Source: Eubacteriales bacterium
GTDB taxonomy: Bacteria > Bacillota > Clostridia > Oscillospirales > CAG-272
Length of the DNA stretch: 58,728 nucleotides
NCBI GenBank assembly: GCA_045657225.1
Contig: JAZOSR010000082.1
Coordinates: 1 to 58,728, forward strand
Reading direction: 5' to 3'
Shown piece by piece: positions 30,511-39,360 of the stretch. The notes below the pieces were generated by a model. The model saw only the letters and a program-made list of their open reading frames with translations, was not told where the DNA came from and searched no databases. Every line of letters starts with the position of its first letter. Positions within the stretch are counted from its first letter, which is position 1. A program made the translations under genes and the position numbers.

Positions 30511-31617
30511 TTATCTTGCCTCCGTATAGGTGCCGTTTTTCACCAGAATCGTGTGCTCGGCATGAAAGCCCTCTTTTTCACAGGTCGTCATGATCACTTG
30601 CTTACCCTTGATATGGGATAAGAGATATTCTCTCCTGCCGCGATCAAGCTCGGATAACACGTCATCAAACAAAAACACAGGGTACTCACCCGTTTGCGTG
30701 CGGCAAAGCTCTCCTTCCGCAATTTTAAGAGCAAGCGCAAGCGATCTTTGCTGTCCTTGTGAGCAAAAGCTTCTTGCGGATTTTTGATTGAGAAGCACCT
30801 CAACATCGTCCTTATGCGTACCAAACAGCGTTGCACCCGCATAAAGCTCGCGTTCTTTACTTTCGGTTAATTTACGGTAGAGAATCTCTTTTGTTTCCTT
30901 TTGATCCTCATAACCGTCATAGCCCTTACCGCAAGGACCCTCATAGAGCAGTGTGGGAGATTCTCTTTCATTCGTCATTTCCTTGAAGCATTCCCTCACA
31001 AAATCCTTGCTTTTTTCAATATACCGTTGTCTGTAAAATGCAATCAAGGCACCCTCGGTTGCAAGCTGCTCTGACCAGATATCCACAGTGCTTTCAAATA
31101 TCTGCATATCCTTTTGCGCGGATTTAATAAGGGCATTTCTTTGCTTTAAGACGTGATTGTATTTTTGAAGAGCCGCGAGATAAAGGGGCTCAGCCGCACT
31201 GATGGCAATATCCAAAAACTGACGCCTCTCACCCGGTCCGTCCTTGATAAGCGACAAATGCTCAGGACAGAATAAAACCGCTCTGAAATCGCCGACAATT
31301 TCGGAAATACGACCGATCTTGACACGATTTTTCATCACACCCTTGGTGTGAGGGGTAAGACAAAATGAAAGATTTTGATTTCTGCCGCTTGCAAAATAAT
31401 CAAAGGAGAGCGTTGCTTGCTTTTCACCGAATTGAATAAGCTCACCCGTGTGCTGTCCGCGGAAGCTTTTACCGATCGATGCGTAATAGATCGCTTCAAG
31501 TAAATTTGTCTTTCCCTCCGCATTATCTCCGAAAAGCACGTTGGTGCCTTCACAAAATGAAACGCTCGCTTCCTTTATATTTCGAAAATGAGCAAGATGA
31601 ATGCTTTTTGCCAGCAT
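30511..31617 (-). CDS. recF: DNA replication and repair protein RecF
   Basis: FRNIKEASVSFCEGTNVLFGDNAEGKTNLLEAIY (Walker A), LCSQGQQRSLALALK (signature) and FLFDDVLSELD (Walker B). Confidence 0.9.
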   Translation of the reverse strand: MLAKSIHLAHFRNIKEASVSFCEGTNVLFGDNAEGKTNLLEAIYYASIGKSFRGQHTGELIQFGEKQATLSFDYFASGRNQNLSFCLTPHTKGVMKNRVKIGRISEIVGDFRAVLFCPEHLSLIKDGPGERRQFLDIAISAAEPLYLAALQKYNHVLKQRNALIKSAQKDMQIFESTVDIWSEQLATEGALIAFYRQRYIEKSKDFVRECFKEMTNERESPTLLYEGPCGKGYDGYEDQKETKEILYRKLTESKERELYAGATLFGTHKDDVEVLLNQKSARSFCSQGQQRSLALALKIAEGELCRTQTGEYPVFLFDDVLSELDRGRREYLLSHIKGKQVIMTTCEKEGFHAEHTILVKNGTYTEAR

Positions 31618-31618
31618 A

Positions 31619-32773
31619 TTATTCCTTCATGCGTACGGGCAGAAGCATAAAGAGCTCTTCATTCTCCATTTCCTCATCACCCGCAGGCTCAATATTCACA
31701 CTTGTCAAGGGAGAGGAAAGGGAAATCTTGATCGTTTCGGATTCACAAGCGCGCACGGAATCAATCAGATATCTGTTATTGAATGCAATACTGATATCAG
31801 CACCGTCGTGCTCTACCTCAATCTCATCATACGTGCTTCCCGCAGCCGAGCTTGCCATGACCTTTAAAATACCTTGTTCGATCTGCAGCTTAACGTGGGA
31901 GCGCGTACTGCCCGCCACATGCTCCTCGGTAATGAGCGTTGCGCGCTCAAGTGCCGACAAAAATACGTCGCGATCGACCACTGCGTGGATCTTATGCTGT
32001 CTGATGATGATTCTGTCGTAATCGATATACTCACCGTCAATCAGGCGCGAGAAGAAGATCACGTTATCAATATGGAAAATAATGTGGCGGCGGGTCATTT
32101 TAATATAGACCTCACGCTCCGCATCACCCGTAATCAGCTTATACAGCTCATTGACGGTTTTTACAGGAACAATAAAACGGTATCTGAGATCACTTCCATC
32201 GGTATTTTTATTGGTGATCTCTGTCTTTAATTGGCATTTCGCAAGCTTAAAGCTATCGCAGGATACAAGTAAAAGGTTATTTTCCTTAACCTCAAAGAAA
32301 CAGCCGTTAAGAACGGGGCGCTGATCGTTAACACCCATTGCGTACATGATCTTACCAAGCATCTCACGCAACGTGCCGCACGGAAGCTGGAAGCCCTTGT
32401 CACTTTCAATCAAAGGAAGCTCGGGGAAATCCTCGCCGGGAAGGGCGTTCATCTTATGAGAGGATTTGCCGCAGAAGAAGGTTGCTACCATCTTATTATC
32501 TACGGTAAAGGTAACCTCTTCACCGTCCATCACACGCATGGTGGCAATAAACTTTTGCGCGTTAACAATGACACAGCCTTCCTCAAGCACCTTGCTTTCA
32601 AGTGTTGTTTTCACACCCTTTTCAAGGTCGTAGGCGGTAAACGTACAGGTATCGGGCTGCTTTGCGTCAATTAAAATACCGTCGATCGCAGAAAGGGTGG
32701 ATTTACCCGAAGCGGCGATCATCAAGGGGGAAACAGAGGAAAGGATTTGTTGACGGTTGAAAACGATTTTCAT
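31619..32773 (-). CDS. dnaN: DNA polymerase III beta subunit (sliding clamp)
   Basis: 384 aa directly downstream of dnaA/oriC with a three-domain beta-clamp-like sequence (MKIVFNRQQILSSVSPLMIAASGKSTLSAIDGILI...). Confidence 0.93.
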   Translation of the reverse strand: MKIVFNRQQILSSVSPLMIAASGKSTLSAIDGILIDAKQPDTCTFTAYDLEKGVKTTLESKVLEEGCVIVNAQKFIATMRVMDGEEVTFTVDNKMVATFFCGKSSHKMNALPGEDFPELPLIESDKGFQLPCGTLREMLGKIMYAMGVNDQRPVLNGCFFEVKENNLLLVSCDSFKLAKCQLKTEITNKNTDGSDLRYRFIVPVKTVNELYKLITGDAEREVYIKMTRRHIIFHIDNVIFFSRLIDGEYIDYDRIIIRQHKIHAVVDRDVFLSALERATLITEEHVAGSTRSHVKLQIEQGILKVMASSAAGSTYDEIEVEHDGADISIAFNNRYLIDSVRACESETIKISLSSPLTSVNIEPAGDEEMENEELFMLLPVRMKE

Positions 32774-33185
32774 AAAAATCTCCTTTTAAAGCGCCCGAAG
32801 GGCACAAAAATGATTTATTGATATGTTATTTTTTAGTAATAGTATTAGTGTTAGGTGAAAGTGTGGAAAACTGAAAAAACAAAGGAAAATAAGGATTTTT
32901 TAGGGCGTTTTATTCCATATTGCTGTGCAAAAACAGCTGGGGAAAAAATGATCTTTTAAAAAAAATTATTGAATAAAACGGTTAAAAAGAGGAAAAGATA
33001 ATTAATTTGGAAATAATTAATTTTTTCAACAATCAATTTAACAGGGCATCTTGTGAAAAACAAAATGTATCTTTGAAAATTTCAAGTATTTCCACAAAAA
33101 TAAAAAGCAGTAAAAATAAGTAAGAAAAGGATTTTTACAATGTTTCAACAGTTTCCAAACAGGAAATGATGAAAAACTTGAAAAA
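32774..33185. other. probable oriC (dnaA-dnaN spacer): AT-rich unwinding region plus imperfect DnaA boxes
   Basis: The spacer is much more AT-rich than the flanking genes. The best boxes are TGTGGAAAA (32862-32870, equivalent to TTTTCCACA) and ATTTCCACA (33088-33096). Weaker ones are TGTGAAAAA near 33051 and TGTGCAAAA near 32924. Long A/T runs span 32941-33040. I found no exact TTATCCACA. Confidence 0.6.
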
Positions 33186-34541
33186 TCAGCCCGTGATCTC
33201 TTTTTTGAGATCCTTAATATCCTTTTCATAAAGAGGATCCATCATCATATTTTTCTTTACCACATCAATGGAAGCCATGATCGTTGCGTGATCTCTTTTG
33301 AAAATTTTACCGATATTGGGTGTTGACATGTCCGTAATGGTACGGATCAAAAAAATGGAAATGTGTCTGACTTTAGCAATAGCCTTTGTGCGCTGCTGAC
33401 CAATGAGTAATTCCTTGGAAATGCCGAATTTTTTAAAGAGCGCGGTAAATATCTTGTCGATCGTAACCTCAACGGGCTCGGTATCACCGAGAAGATCGCT
33501 GACACAATTTTTCGTGAATTCAAGTGTAATATTGCGTCCGTCAAGCAGGCTTTGCGCGGAAAGCTTTTTGAGCGCGCCCTCTATCTGACGGATGTTGGAG
33601 CGCAAATTTTCGGAAAGGAAGGAAAGCACCTCGTCGGGCAGGTCAATGTGCATATCCTCTGCCTTCTTCTTTAAGATCGCAACGCGCAGCTCAAGGTCGG
33701 GAAGACCAATGTCTGCAAGCAGACCCTGCTCGAAGCGGGAGCGCAGGCGCTCCTCAAGAGGATTGATATCGCGGGGAGGACGGTCGGAAGCGAGAATAAT
33801 TTGCTTACCCTCGTCAAAAAGAGAATTGAAGGTGTTGAAGAATTCCTCCTGTGTTGCCACCTTGCCTGCAATAAATTGAATATCGTCAACGAGAAGCACA
33901 TCACAGTTGCGGTAGCGGTCACGGAAATTATTCATTGCCTGGTGGGACATACATTCGATCATGTAATTAACGAATTCGTCACCCTTTGTGTAAAGAACGC
34001 GCACGTTGGGGCGCTTACGCAAGATCTCGTTGATGACCGCATACATCAAGTGGGTTTTACCAACACCCGAGGGACCGTAAATAAACAGCGGATTCCATTC
34101 GTGAGAGGGGTTGTTTGCTACCTTCCAGCAAGCGGCGCGGGCAAATTTGTTGGTTTCGCCCACAATAAAGTTATCAAAGGTGTAGCGCGAATGCTGTGCA
34201 AGCTCGGCGCCGTCCTGCAAGGGAGAGGAATCCTTGATAGTTGCGGATTGCTGCTTGATCGGTACTTCCTTTTGGGGTGCTTGCTCACCCTGAAAGGAAA
34301 TGGAAAAGCTGATATCAAAAAAGTCCTTGAATTTTGATTCAATGATAGATTTGTGCTTTTCTGTGAGAATTTTCGCGATAAAATCAGAGGAAGCTTTGAA
34401 AAGAAGCTTGTTTTCACTTTCATCAAAAGAAATAGGGGAAATGTTAGCGTACCAAACGTTAAAAAACGGCTCGGAAACGCTTGCCTTTAATTCAGACTTC
34501 ACGCTCTCCCACATAATTAAAATATCGTTTGGACAATCCAT
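33186..34541 (-). CDS. dnaA: chromosomal replication initiator protein DnaA
   Basis: NPLFIYGPSGVGKTHLM (Walker A), VLLVDDIQFIAGK, and the C-terminal DNA-binding block RTKAIAKVRHISIFLIRTITDMSTPNIGKIFKRDHATIM. I chose the ATG at 34541, 8 nt after GAAGGAGG. The ORF-track upstream extension runs through the promoter. Confidence 0.95.
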   Translation of the reverse strand: MDCPNDILIMWESVKSELKASVSEPFFNVWYANISPISFDESENKLLFKASSDFIAKILTEKHKSIIESKFKDFFDISFSISFQGEQAPQKEVPIKQQSATIKDSSPLQDGAELAQHSRYTFDNFIVGETNKFARAACWKVANNPSHEWNPLFIYGPSGVGKTHLMYAVINEILRKRPNVRVLYTKGDEFVNYMIECMSHQAMNNFRDRYRNCDVLLVDDIQFIAGKVATQEEFFNTFNSLFDEGKQIILASDRPPRDINPLEERLRSRFEQGLLADIGLPDLELRVAILKKKAEDMHIDLPDEVLSFLSENLRSNIRQIEGALKKLSAQSLLDGRNITLEFTKNCVSDLLGDTEPVEVTIDKIFTALFKKFGISKELLIGQQRTKAIAKVRHISIFLIRTITDMSTPNIGKIFKRDHATIMASIDVVKKNMMMDPLYEKDIKDLKKEITG

Positions 34542-34581
34542 GCAAGGAGCCTCCTTCACGCAAAATAGACAAGTTTCTAAT

Positions 34582-34610
34582 ATTATAACATAAATAATAT
34601 AATATTTCAA
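34582..34610 (-). promoter_or_regulatory. candidate dnaA promoter (TTGAAA-17-TATAAT on the minus strand)
   Basis: The -10 is at 34582-34587 and the -35 at 34605-34610 (plus-strand coordinates), with a 17-nt spacer. Confidence 0.55.
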
Positions 34611-34629
34611 GCGCCCACGTGCGCGCTTG
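34608..34629. promoter_or_regulatory. 22-bp GC-rich near-perfect palindrome CAAGCGCCCACGTGCGCGCTTG overlapping the dnaA -35
   Basis: 10 of 11 symmetric pairs match. It is embedded in very AT-rich DNA and has a central CACGTG. Confidence 0.4.
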
Positions 34630-34694
34630 CGCGATATTATACTAATAATTAACAAATTATTTACTTTTAGAAGAAGCATTTTAAGGGAAAAGCA

Positions 34695-34723
34695 TTGATT
34701 TTTAGAAAAGGATAGGCTATACT
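34695..34723 (+). promoter_or_regulatory. candidate copA promoter (TTGATT-17-TATACT)
   Basis: Hexamers at 34695-34700 and 34718-34723. Confidence 0.5.
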
Positions 34724-34757
34724 AACAAGCAGATAAAAGAAAAAGGAGGGGGAACAC

Positions 34758-37271
34758 TTGAAAAAAATCATATTTTCCATCAAGGGAATGACCTGCTCGG
34801 CGTGTGTTGCGCACGTGGAGCGCGCGGTGAAGAGTGTGCTTTTACAAGATGCTGATTTTGTTGTCAGCCTGCTTTCATCCTCCCTTATCTTAAACGTAGC
34901 CGATGATGAAAACGAGGACGCGCTGTTTAAAAGGTTAAGCACAGCACTTTCCCGTGCGGGCTACGGACTTACAAAAGCAGGCGAAAAAAGTGATGAGGAG
35001 AGGCTAAGAGAAGAAAGAAAAGCCGTATCAACAAGGCTGTGGCTCTCAATTTCGCTCACGGCGCTGCTGATGGTTGTTGCCATGTGGCACATGACCCCCA
35101 TTCCTGCCCCTTTTGTTTTGAATGCAAGCGCTTATCCGCGTGCTTTTTTCGTCTTACAGGCAGTGCTTGCCCTCACGGTGCTCTTTTTCAACCGCCATTT
35201 CTTTAAAAACGGATTTTCCGCACTGTTACACCTTTCTCCCAATATGGATTCTCTGGTGGCGCTCGGCGCTGCCGCAAGCGTGGTCTACGGCGCTGTGGCA
35301 GGTGTGTTTATTTTCATTGGCAGTGCCACGGGTAATGGGGCAATGGTGCACGAATATCTACACGAGCTTTATCTTGAATCTGCCGCGATGATCGTGACGC
35401 TTGTGTCGGTAGGTAAATATTTGGAGGGCAGAGCAAGAGGGCGCGCCGCGATGGCTGTACGCGCGCTCATGGAGGAGGAGCCCATCATTGCCCGTGTAAA
35501 ACGGGGCGATACGGTAGAGGAAATACCGATTTCCGAGCTGAAGATCGGTGATATCGCAGTTGTGCTGACGGGAGAAAAGATCCCTGCGGACGGTGTTGTT
35601 TTTGAGGGAACGGGGAGCGTGAATGAGGCTATGCTCACGGGCGAATCTCTGCCGCGCACCGTTAAAAACGGAGATTACGTATCAGGCTCCACGCTTTTGG
35701 TGGAGGGTACTTTTCTTTTACGTGTTGAAAAGATAGGCGAGGAAACGGCGCTCCGCCGTATTGTCGCGCTGCTTGAGCAAACGGCGGCAAGCAAGGCACC
35801 CGTGCAGCGGATCGCGGATAAGGTCAGTGCTGTTTTCGTACCCGTTGTGATCGGTATTTCGCTTGTCACGGCACTTTTGTGGGTTATTTTGACACACAAT
35901 GCCGCGCTTGCCTTTCGCGCGGCTGTATCCGTGCTTGTCATCTCCTGCCCCTGTGCCTTGGGGCTTGCCACGCCCACAGCCATTACCGTTGGGTGCGGCA
36001 GGGCGGCACGCTTTGGTATTTTGTTTAAGAGCGCCGAGGCACTGGAGGTGCTTGCGGGCGTTGAGGTACTGCTGACTGATAAAACAGGTACACTGACGAA
36101 GGGTGAGCCCGCAATCGTCGCAAGCGCGGTGCTTTCGGGAAGCGAGCAGGAATTGCTTGATACGGTAGCATCGCTGGAAGCGCTTTCCACGCATCCGCTT
36201 GCCAAACCGCTTGCGGCATTAAGTGAGGTGCGCTTACCGCTTGCGGATTTTACGGTATTAGCGGGAAAGGGCGTTTTCGCAAGACAAGAGGACGGCACAG
36301 CCCTTTTCGCAGGCTCTGAAGCGCTTTTTTCGGGCGAGAATGGCATTCCTTCCCTTACAAAGGAGGCACAAGCCCTCTTGAACGAGTGGTCAATAGCAGG
36401 TAATAGCGCGGTGCTGGTTGCCAAGGGTGATCGTTTTCTTGGCGGCTTTGCGCTTGCCGACGTGCTCCGAGAGGATAGCAAAGAGGCTGTGGATTCTCTT
36501 AAGAAGATGGGCGTTTGTACCGTTATGCTGACGGGAGATCACGCGGCGGTTGCCGAAAGGATTGCCAAGGAGGCAGGAATTTCCGAATACCGTGCGGGGC
36601 TGTTGCCCGACGGCAAGGAGAGGATCGTGCGCGAATACAGCGATAAGGCACCGACCGCTATGGTGGGTGACGGTATCAATGACGCGCCCGCGCTTGCGCG
36701 CGCCGACGTGGGACTTGCCATTGGCGCGGGAACGGGTGTTGCCGTCGAATCCGCAGGGGTCGTCTTGTCGGGAAACTCGCTGATCCATGCCGTTGCCGCC
36801 GTGGAGCTCGGACGCGCCACCAAGCGCAATATCAGACAAAATCTTTTTTGGGCGCTTTTTTATAATGTGCTTTGTATTCCCTTGGCGGCGGGTGTGCTCT
36901 ACGCCCCGTTTGGCGTGATGCTCACACCCATGATCGCAAGTGCCGCTATGAGCGTATCCTCGATATTCGTGGTGCTGAACGCACTGCGCCTTGCGCGCTT
37001 TGTGCCGTGCTGCTTGAAGGATAAACTATCTTTACAAAAGGAGAAAAATAAAATGTTTGGAAAGAAAGAAACGGTAGTGACCACGCTTCGCGTGGAGGGT
37101 ATGATGTGCAAGATGTGCGTTGCGCACGTCGAGGAGGCGCTGAAAAAGGCAGGTGCCGCGGAGGTCAGTATCGATCTTGCGAGCGGCGAGGTGCAGGTAA
37201 AGGCAACCGCGAAGCTCACGCCTGAAAAAATGACCGCCGCCATCGTTGCCGCGGGGTACCGTGTGGTATAA
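34758..37271 (+). CDS. copA: copper-translocating P1B-type ATPase with N- and C-terminal HMA domains
   Basis: Motifs: N-terminal GMTCSACVAHVERAV, SCPCALGLATP (CPC), DKTGTLT, GDGINDAP and C-terminal GMMCKMCVAHVEEAL. TTG start at 34758, 6 nt after AGGAGGGGG. Confidence 0.9.
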   Translation: MKKIIFSIKGMTCSACVAHVERAVKSVLLQDADFVVSLLSSSLILNVADDENEDALFKRLSTALSRAGYGLTKAGEKSDEERLREERKAVSTRLWLSISLTALLMVVAMWHMTPIPAPFVLNASAYPRAFFVLQAVLALTVLFFNRHFFKNGFSALLHLSPNMDSLVALGAAASVVYGAVAGVFIFIGSATGNGAMVHEYLHELYLESAAMIVTLVSVGKYLEGRARGRAAMAVRALMEEEPIIARVKRGDTVEEIPISELKIGDIAVVLTGEKIPADGVVFEGTGSVNEAMLTGESLPRTVKNGDYVSGSTLLVEGTFLLRVEKIGEETALRRIVALLEQTAASKAPVQRIADKVSAVFVPVVIGISLVTALLWVILTHNAALAFRAAVSVLVISCPCALGLATPTAITVGCGRAARFGILFKSAEALEVLAGVEVLLTDKTGTLTKGEPAIVASAVLSGSEQELLDTVASLEALSTHPLAKPLAALSEVRLPLADFTVLAGKGVFARQEDGTALFAGSEALFSGENGIPSLTKEAQALLNEWSIAGNSAVLVAKGDRFLGGFALADVLREDSKEAVDSLKKMGVCTVMLTGDHAAVAERIAKEAGISEYRAGLLPDGKERIVREYSDKAPTAMVGDGINDAPALARADVGLAIGAGTGVAVESAGVVLSGNSLIHAVAAVELGRATKRNIRQNLFWALFYNVLCIPLAAGVLYAPFGVMLTPMIASAAMSVSSIFVVLNALRLARFVPCCLKDKLSLQKEKNKMFGKKETVVTTLRVEGMMCKMCVAHVEEALKKAGAAEVSIDLASGEVQVKATAKLTPEKMTAAIVAAGYRVV

Positions 37272-37279
37272 GAAAAAAA

Positions 37280-37318
37280 CATAGCAAAAGGGGTGCGTTT
37301 CGCACCCCTTTTGCTATG
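37280..37318. terminator. bidirectional terminator (copA / EIIC convergent)
   Basis: CATAGCAAAAGGGGTGCG-tttc-GCACCCCTTTTGCTATG, an 18-bp (17 paired) stem with one internal G/G mismatch and a 3-nt loop. Confidence 0.85.
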
Positions 37319-37329
37319 TAAATAAGAGA

Positions 37330-38427
37330 TTAATCCAATTTGAGATCGTTTTCCTTGATCCAGCCGATACGGCGCAGCAAGAGGCACAGCGCCCAGCTGA
37401 TGATTGCGGGCAGAATAAAGCAGATAAGGGCAAGTCCGAGCCAATCCACAAAGCCAACAGAGGCGGTGTATTCGCCGCCAAACCAGCCAAGAATGATGCC
37501 GATAGGACCAAGCAGACCGCAGGTACCCATGCCCGAGTTGATGGCGGCACCGTACATTTGCATTTGAAAAACGCACGTGGCAAGAGGACCCGTGATGGCA
37601 GAAGCCACTGTCGGGGGGATCCAGATGCGAGGATTTTTGATGATGTTGGGCATTTGAAGCATGCTGGTACCAAGTCCCTGCGATACAAGACCGCCCCAGC
37701 GGTTTTCACGGAAGCTCATAACGGCAAAGCCAACCATTTGCGCGCAGCAGCCGGCCACCGCGGCACCGCCCGCAAGCGCAAGACCAAGGTCACCCGTGCC
37801 GATGGCGGAAAGACCGATGGCGGCACAGATCGCGGCGGAGGAGATGGGGAGTGTCAGCGCGACACCCACCACCACGGAAATGATCAGACCCATTACAAAG
37901 GGCTGCTGCAGGGTCGCCCAGCTGATAAAGCTGCCGATGTAGCTAACCACCGTGCCAATGTGGGGGGCAATCAAGATGGAAAGAGTGCCGCCGACGAAAA
38001 CGGTCACGAACGGGGTGACTAAAATATCGACCTTGGTTTCCTTGGAAACGGCTTTACCGAATTCGATCGCTACGATGGCAATCAGTAATACGGCAAGGGG
38101 ACCGCCTGCGCCGCCCTGGGCGTTTGCGGCAAAACCAACAAGTGCGGAGGAATACATGACAAGGGGCGGTGCCTTCAGCGCAAAGGCGATCGCGACTGCC
38201 ATTGCGGGACCTGCGGCGGAGCCGCCGTACGAGCCAATGGTTTTAAAGAACGAGAGTCCCGGGATAAGACCGATGGCGTTGAAGATCGTGGCAATGAGCA
38301 GTGAGCCGAAAAGACCGAGCGCCATAGCGCCAAGCGCGTCAATGCCGTATCTCTTGGCAGAGAAATTGATGTCCTTTCGCTTCAAAAAAGAAAGGAACTT
38401 ATTTTTGTTTGGTTGTTTTTCTTCCAT
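37330..38427 (-). CDS. PTS EIIC_2-type membrane protein (putative sugar permease component)
   Basis: 365-aa polytopic protein, Gly/Ala-rich, with a FLKRKDINFSAKRYGIDALGAMALGLFGS start as in PTS_EIIC_2 family members. Family recall only. Confidence 0.6.
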   Translation of the reverse strand: MEEKQPNKNKFLSFLKRKDINFSAKRYGIDALGAMALGLFGSLLIATIFNAIGLIPGLSFFKTIGSYGGSAAGPAMAVAIAFALKAPPLVMYSSALVGFAANAQGGAGGPLAVLLIAIVAIEFGKAVSKETKVDILVTPFVTVFVGGTLSILIAPHIGTVVSYIGSFISWATLQQPFVMGLIISVVVGVALTLPISSAAICAAIGLSAIGTGDLGLALAGGAAVAGCCAQMVGFAVMSFRENRWGGLVSQGLGTSMLQMPNIIKNPRIWIPPTVASAITGPLATCVFQMQMYGAAINSGMGTCGLLGPIGIILGWFGGEYTASVGFVDWLGLALICFILPAIISWALCLLLRRIGWIKENDLKLD

Positions 38428-39193
38428 TTTTTTGTTCTCCTTGTAAATTTTGTTTCATCATTTCAAAAAGGGGTGATGCGGCTTTGGCATTGGTCCTCTC
38501 GTCGGAAATTTCGTTGATGATCTGGGTGTAGTTGTTGCCCGCAAAAACGAAATGCTCGAACAAAGGGATTTCAAGCAACGAGAGCGCTTCCTTTAAATGG
38601 TGCGTGACTTTAATGTCATCGGTTGATGGGACGGCGATGCCCGCAGGGTGATTGTGCGCAAGGATAACGCCTGCGGCGTGCTTGGTATAGGCGCGCTCGG
38701 CAATGTTGCGAATGGAAAGGGATAGTGAGTTGACCGTGCCGTCACCAATGGGGAAGCAGTCGATCGGCATCATGGCATTGTTGATGAGAAGCGCAAAGGC
38801 AAGCTCCTTTTGCGCGCCGAGAAAGCGCGGTGCCAAAAAGGAAACGAGCTTTCCTGTGGTATCAAGCGTCGGAGGCTCTTTTTTCGACGGTGCGATCTTG
38901 GAGATCATATATTGCTTGCACGCGTGACCGATCAGCCGTAGGTGCAAGGCACTCTTTTCTCCGATACCGTGTACGGCGCAAAGCGCATCCATATCCGCCT
39001 CCATCACACCCTCAAGCGAGCCGAACGCCTCGATCAGTGCGTGCGCGGTGTCGTTGGTATTGCCGCGCGCATTCGTGTAAAAGAGCAGCATTTCAAGCAG
39101 CTCGTGCTCTTGCAGTGTAGGCGAATCGGTGGCAAGAAAGCGCTCGCGCATGCGTTCTCTGTGCCCGTTGTGTAAATGAGGTTTTTTCTCCAT
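38399..39193 (-). CDS. radC: RadC-like JAB (MPN) domain protein
   Basis: HRERMRERF N-terminus, HhH region (AVHGIGEKSALHL) and the JAMM motif ILAHNHPAGIAVPSTDD. Confidence 0.85.
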   Translation of the reverse strand: MEKKPHLHNGHRERMRERFLATDSPTLQEHELLEMLLFYTNARGNTNDTAHALIEAFGSLEGVMEADMDALCAVHGIGEKSALHLRLIGHACKQYMISKIAPSKKEPPTLDTTGKLVSFLAPRFLGAQKELAFALLINNAMMPIDCFPIGDGTVNSLSLSIRNIAERAYTKHAAGVILAHNHPAGIAVPSTDDIKVTHHLKEALSLLEIPLFEHFVFAGNNYTQIINEISDERTNAKAASPLFEMMKQNLQGEQKNGRKTTKQK

Positions 39194-39323
39194 GCGGTAT
39201 CCCCCTCTAATGTGTAATGATATCTGTAAACTATATTATAGCATATTTTGAAAAAAATTTCCATACTTTTTTCAACAAAAAATTATTTTATGGTAAAAAA
39301 GTTTTGTGCTTTTTGTAAAAGTG

Positions 39324-39358
39324 TAAAATCCGCTTGGCATAACACCAAGCGGATTTTA
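39324..39358 (-). terminator. terminator after the isomerase-like gene
   Basis: TAAAATCCGCTTGG-cataaca-CCAAGCGGATTTTA, a perfect 14-bp stem. Confidence 0.65.
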
Positions 39359-39360
39359 CA

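Noticed and set aside
33038-33229. A 63-aa ORF inside the dnaA-dnaN spacer.
   Set aside because: It is a Lys/Phe-rich product of AT-rich origin DNA, has no SD, and overlaps the dnaA 3' end.
38257-38264. TCCCGGGA, the core of the B. subtilis Noc-binding site, inside the EIIC gene.
   Set aside because: The flanks do not match ATTTCCCGGGAAAT. A single 8-bp palindrome is expected about once by chance in a window of this size.
38399-38427. A 29-nt overlap between the RadC ORF end and the EIIC ORF start, as a possible coupling or frameshift.
   Set aside because: This is most simply an ordinary overlap or a slightly later EIIC start. Both ORFs are intact and in different frames, with no slippery sequence.
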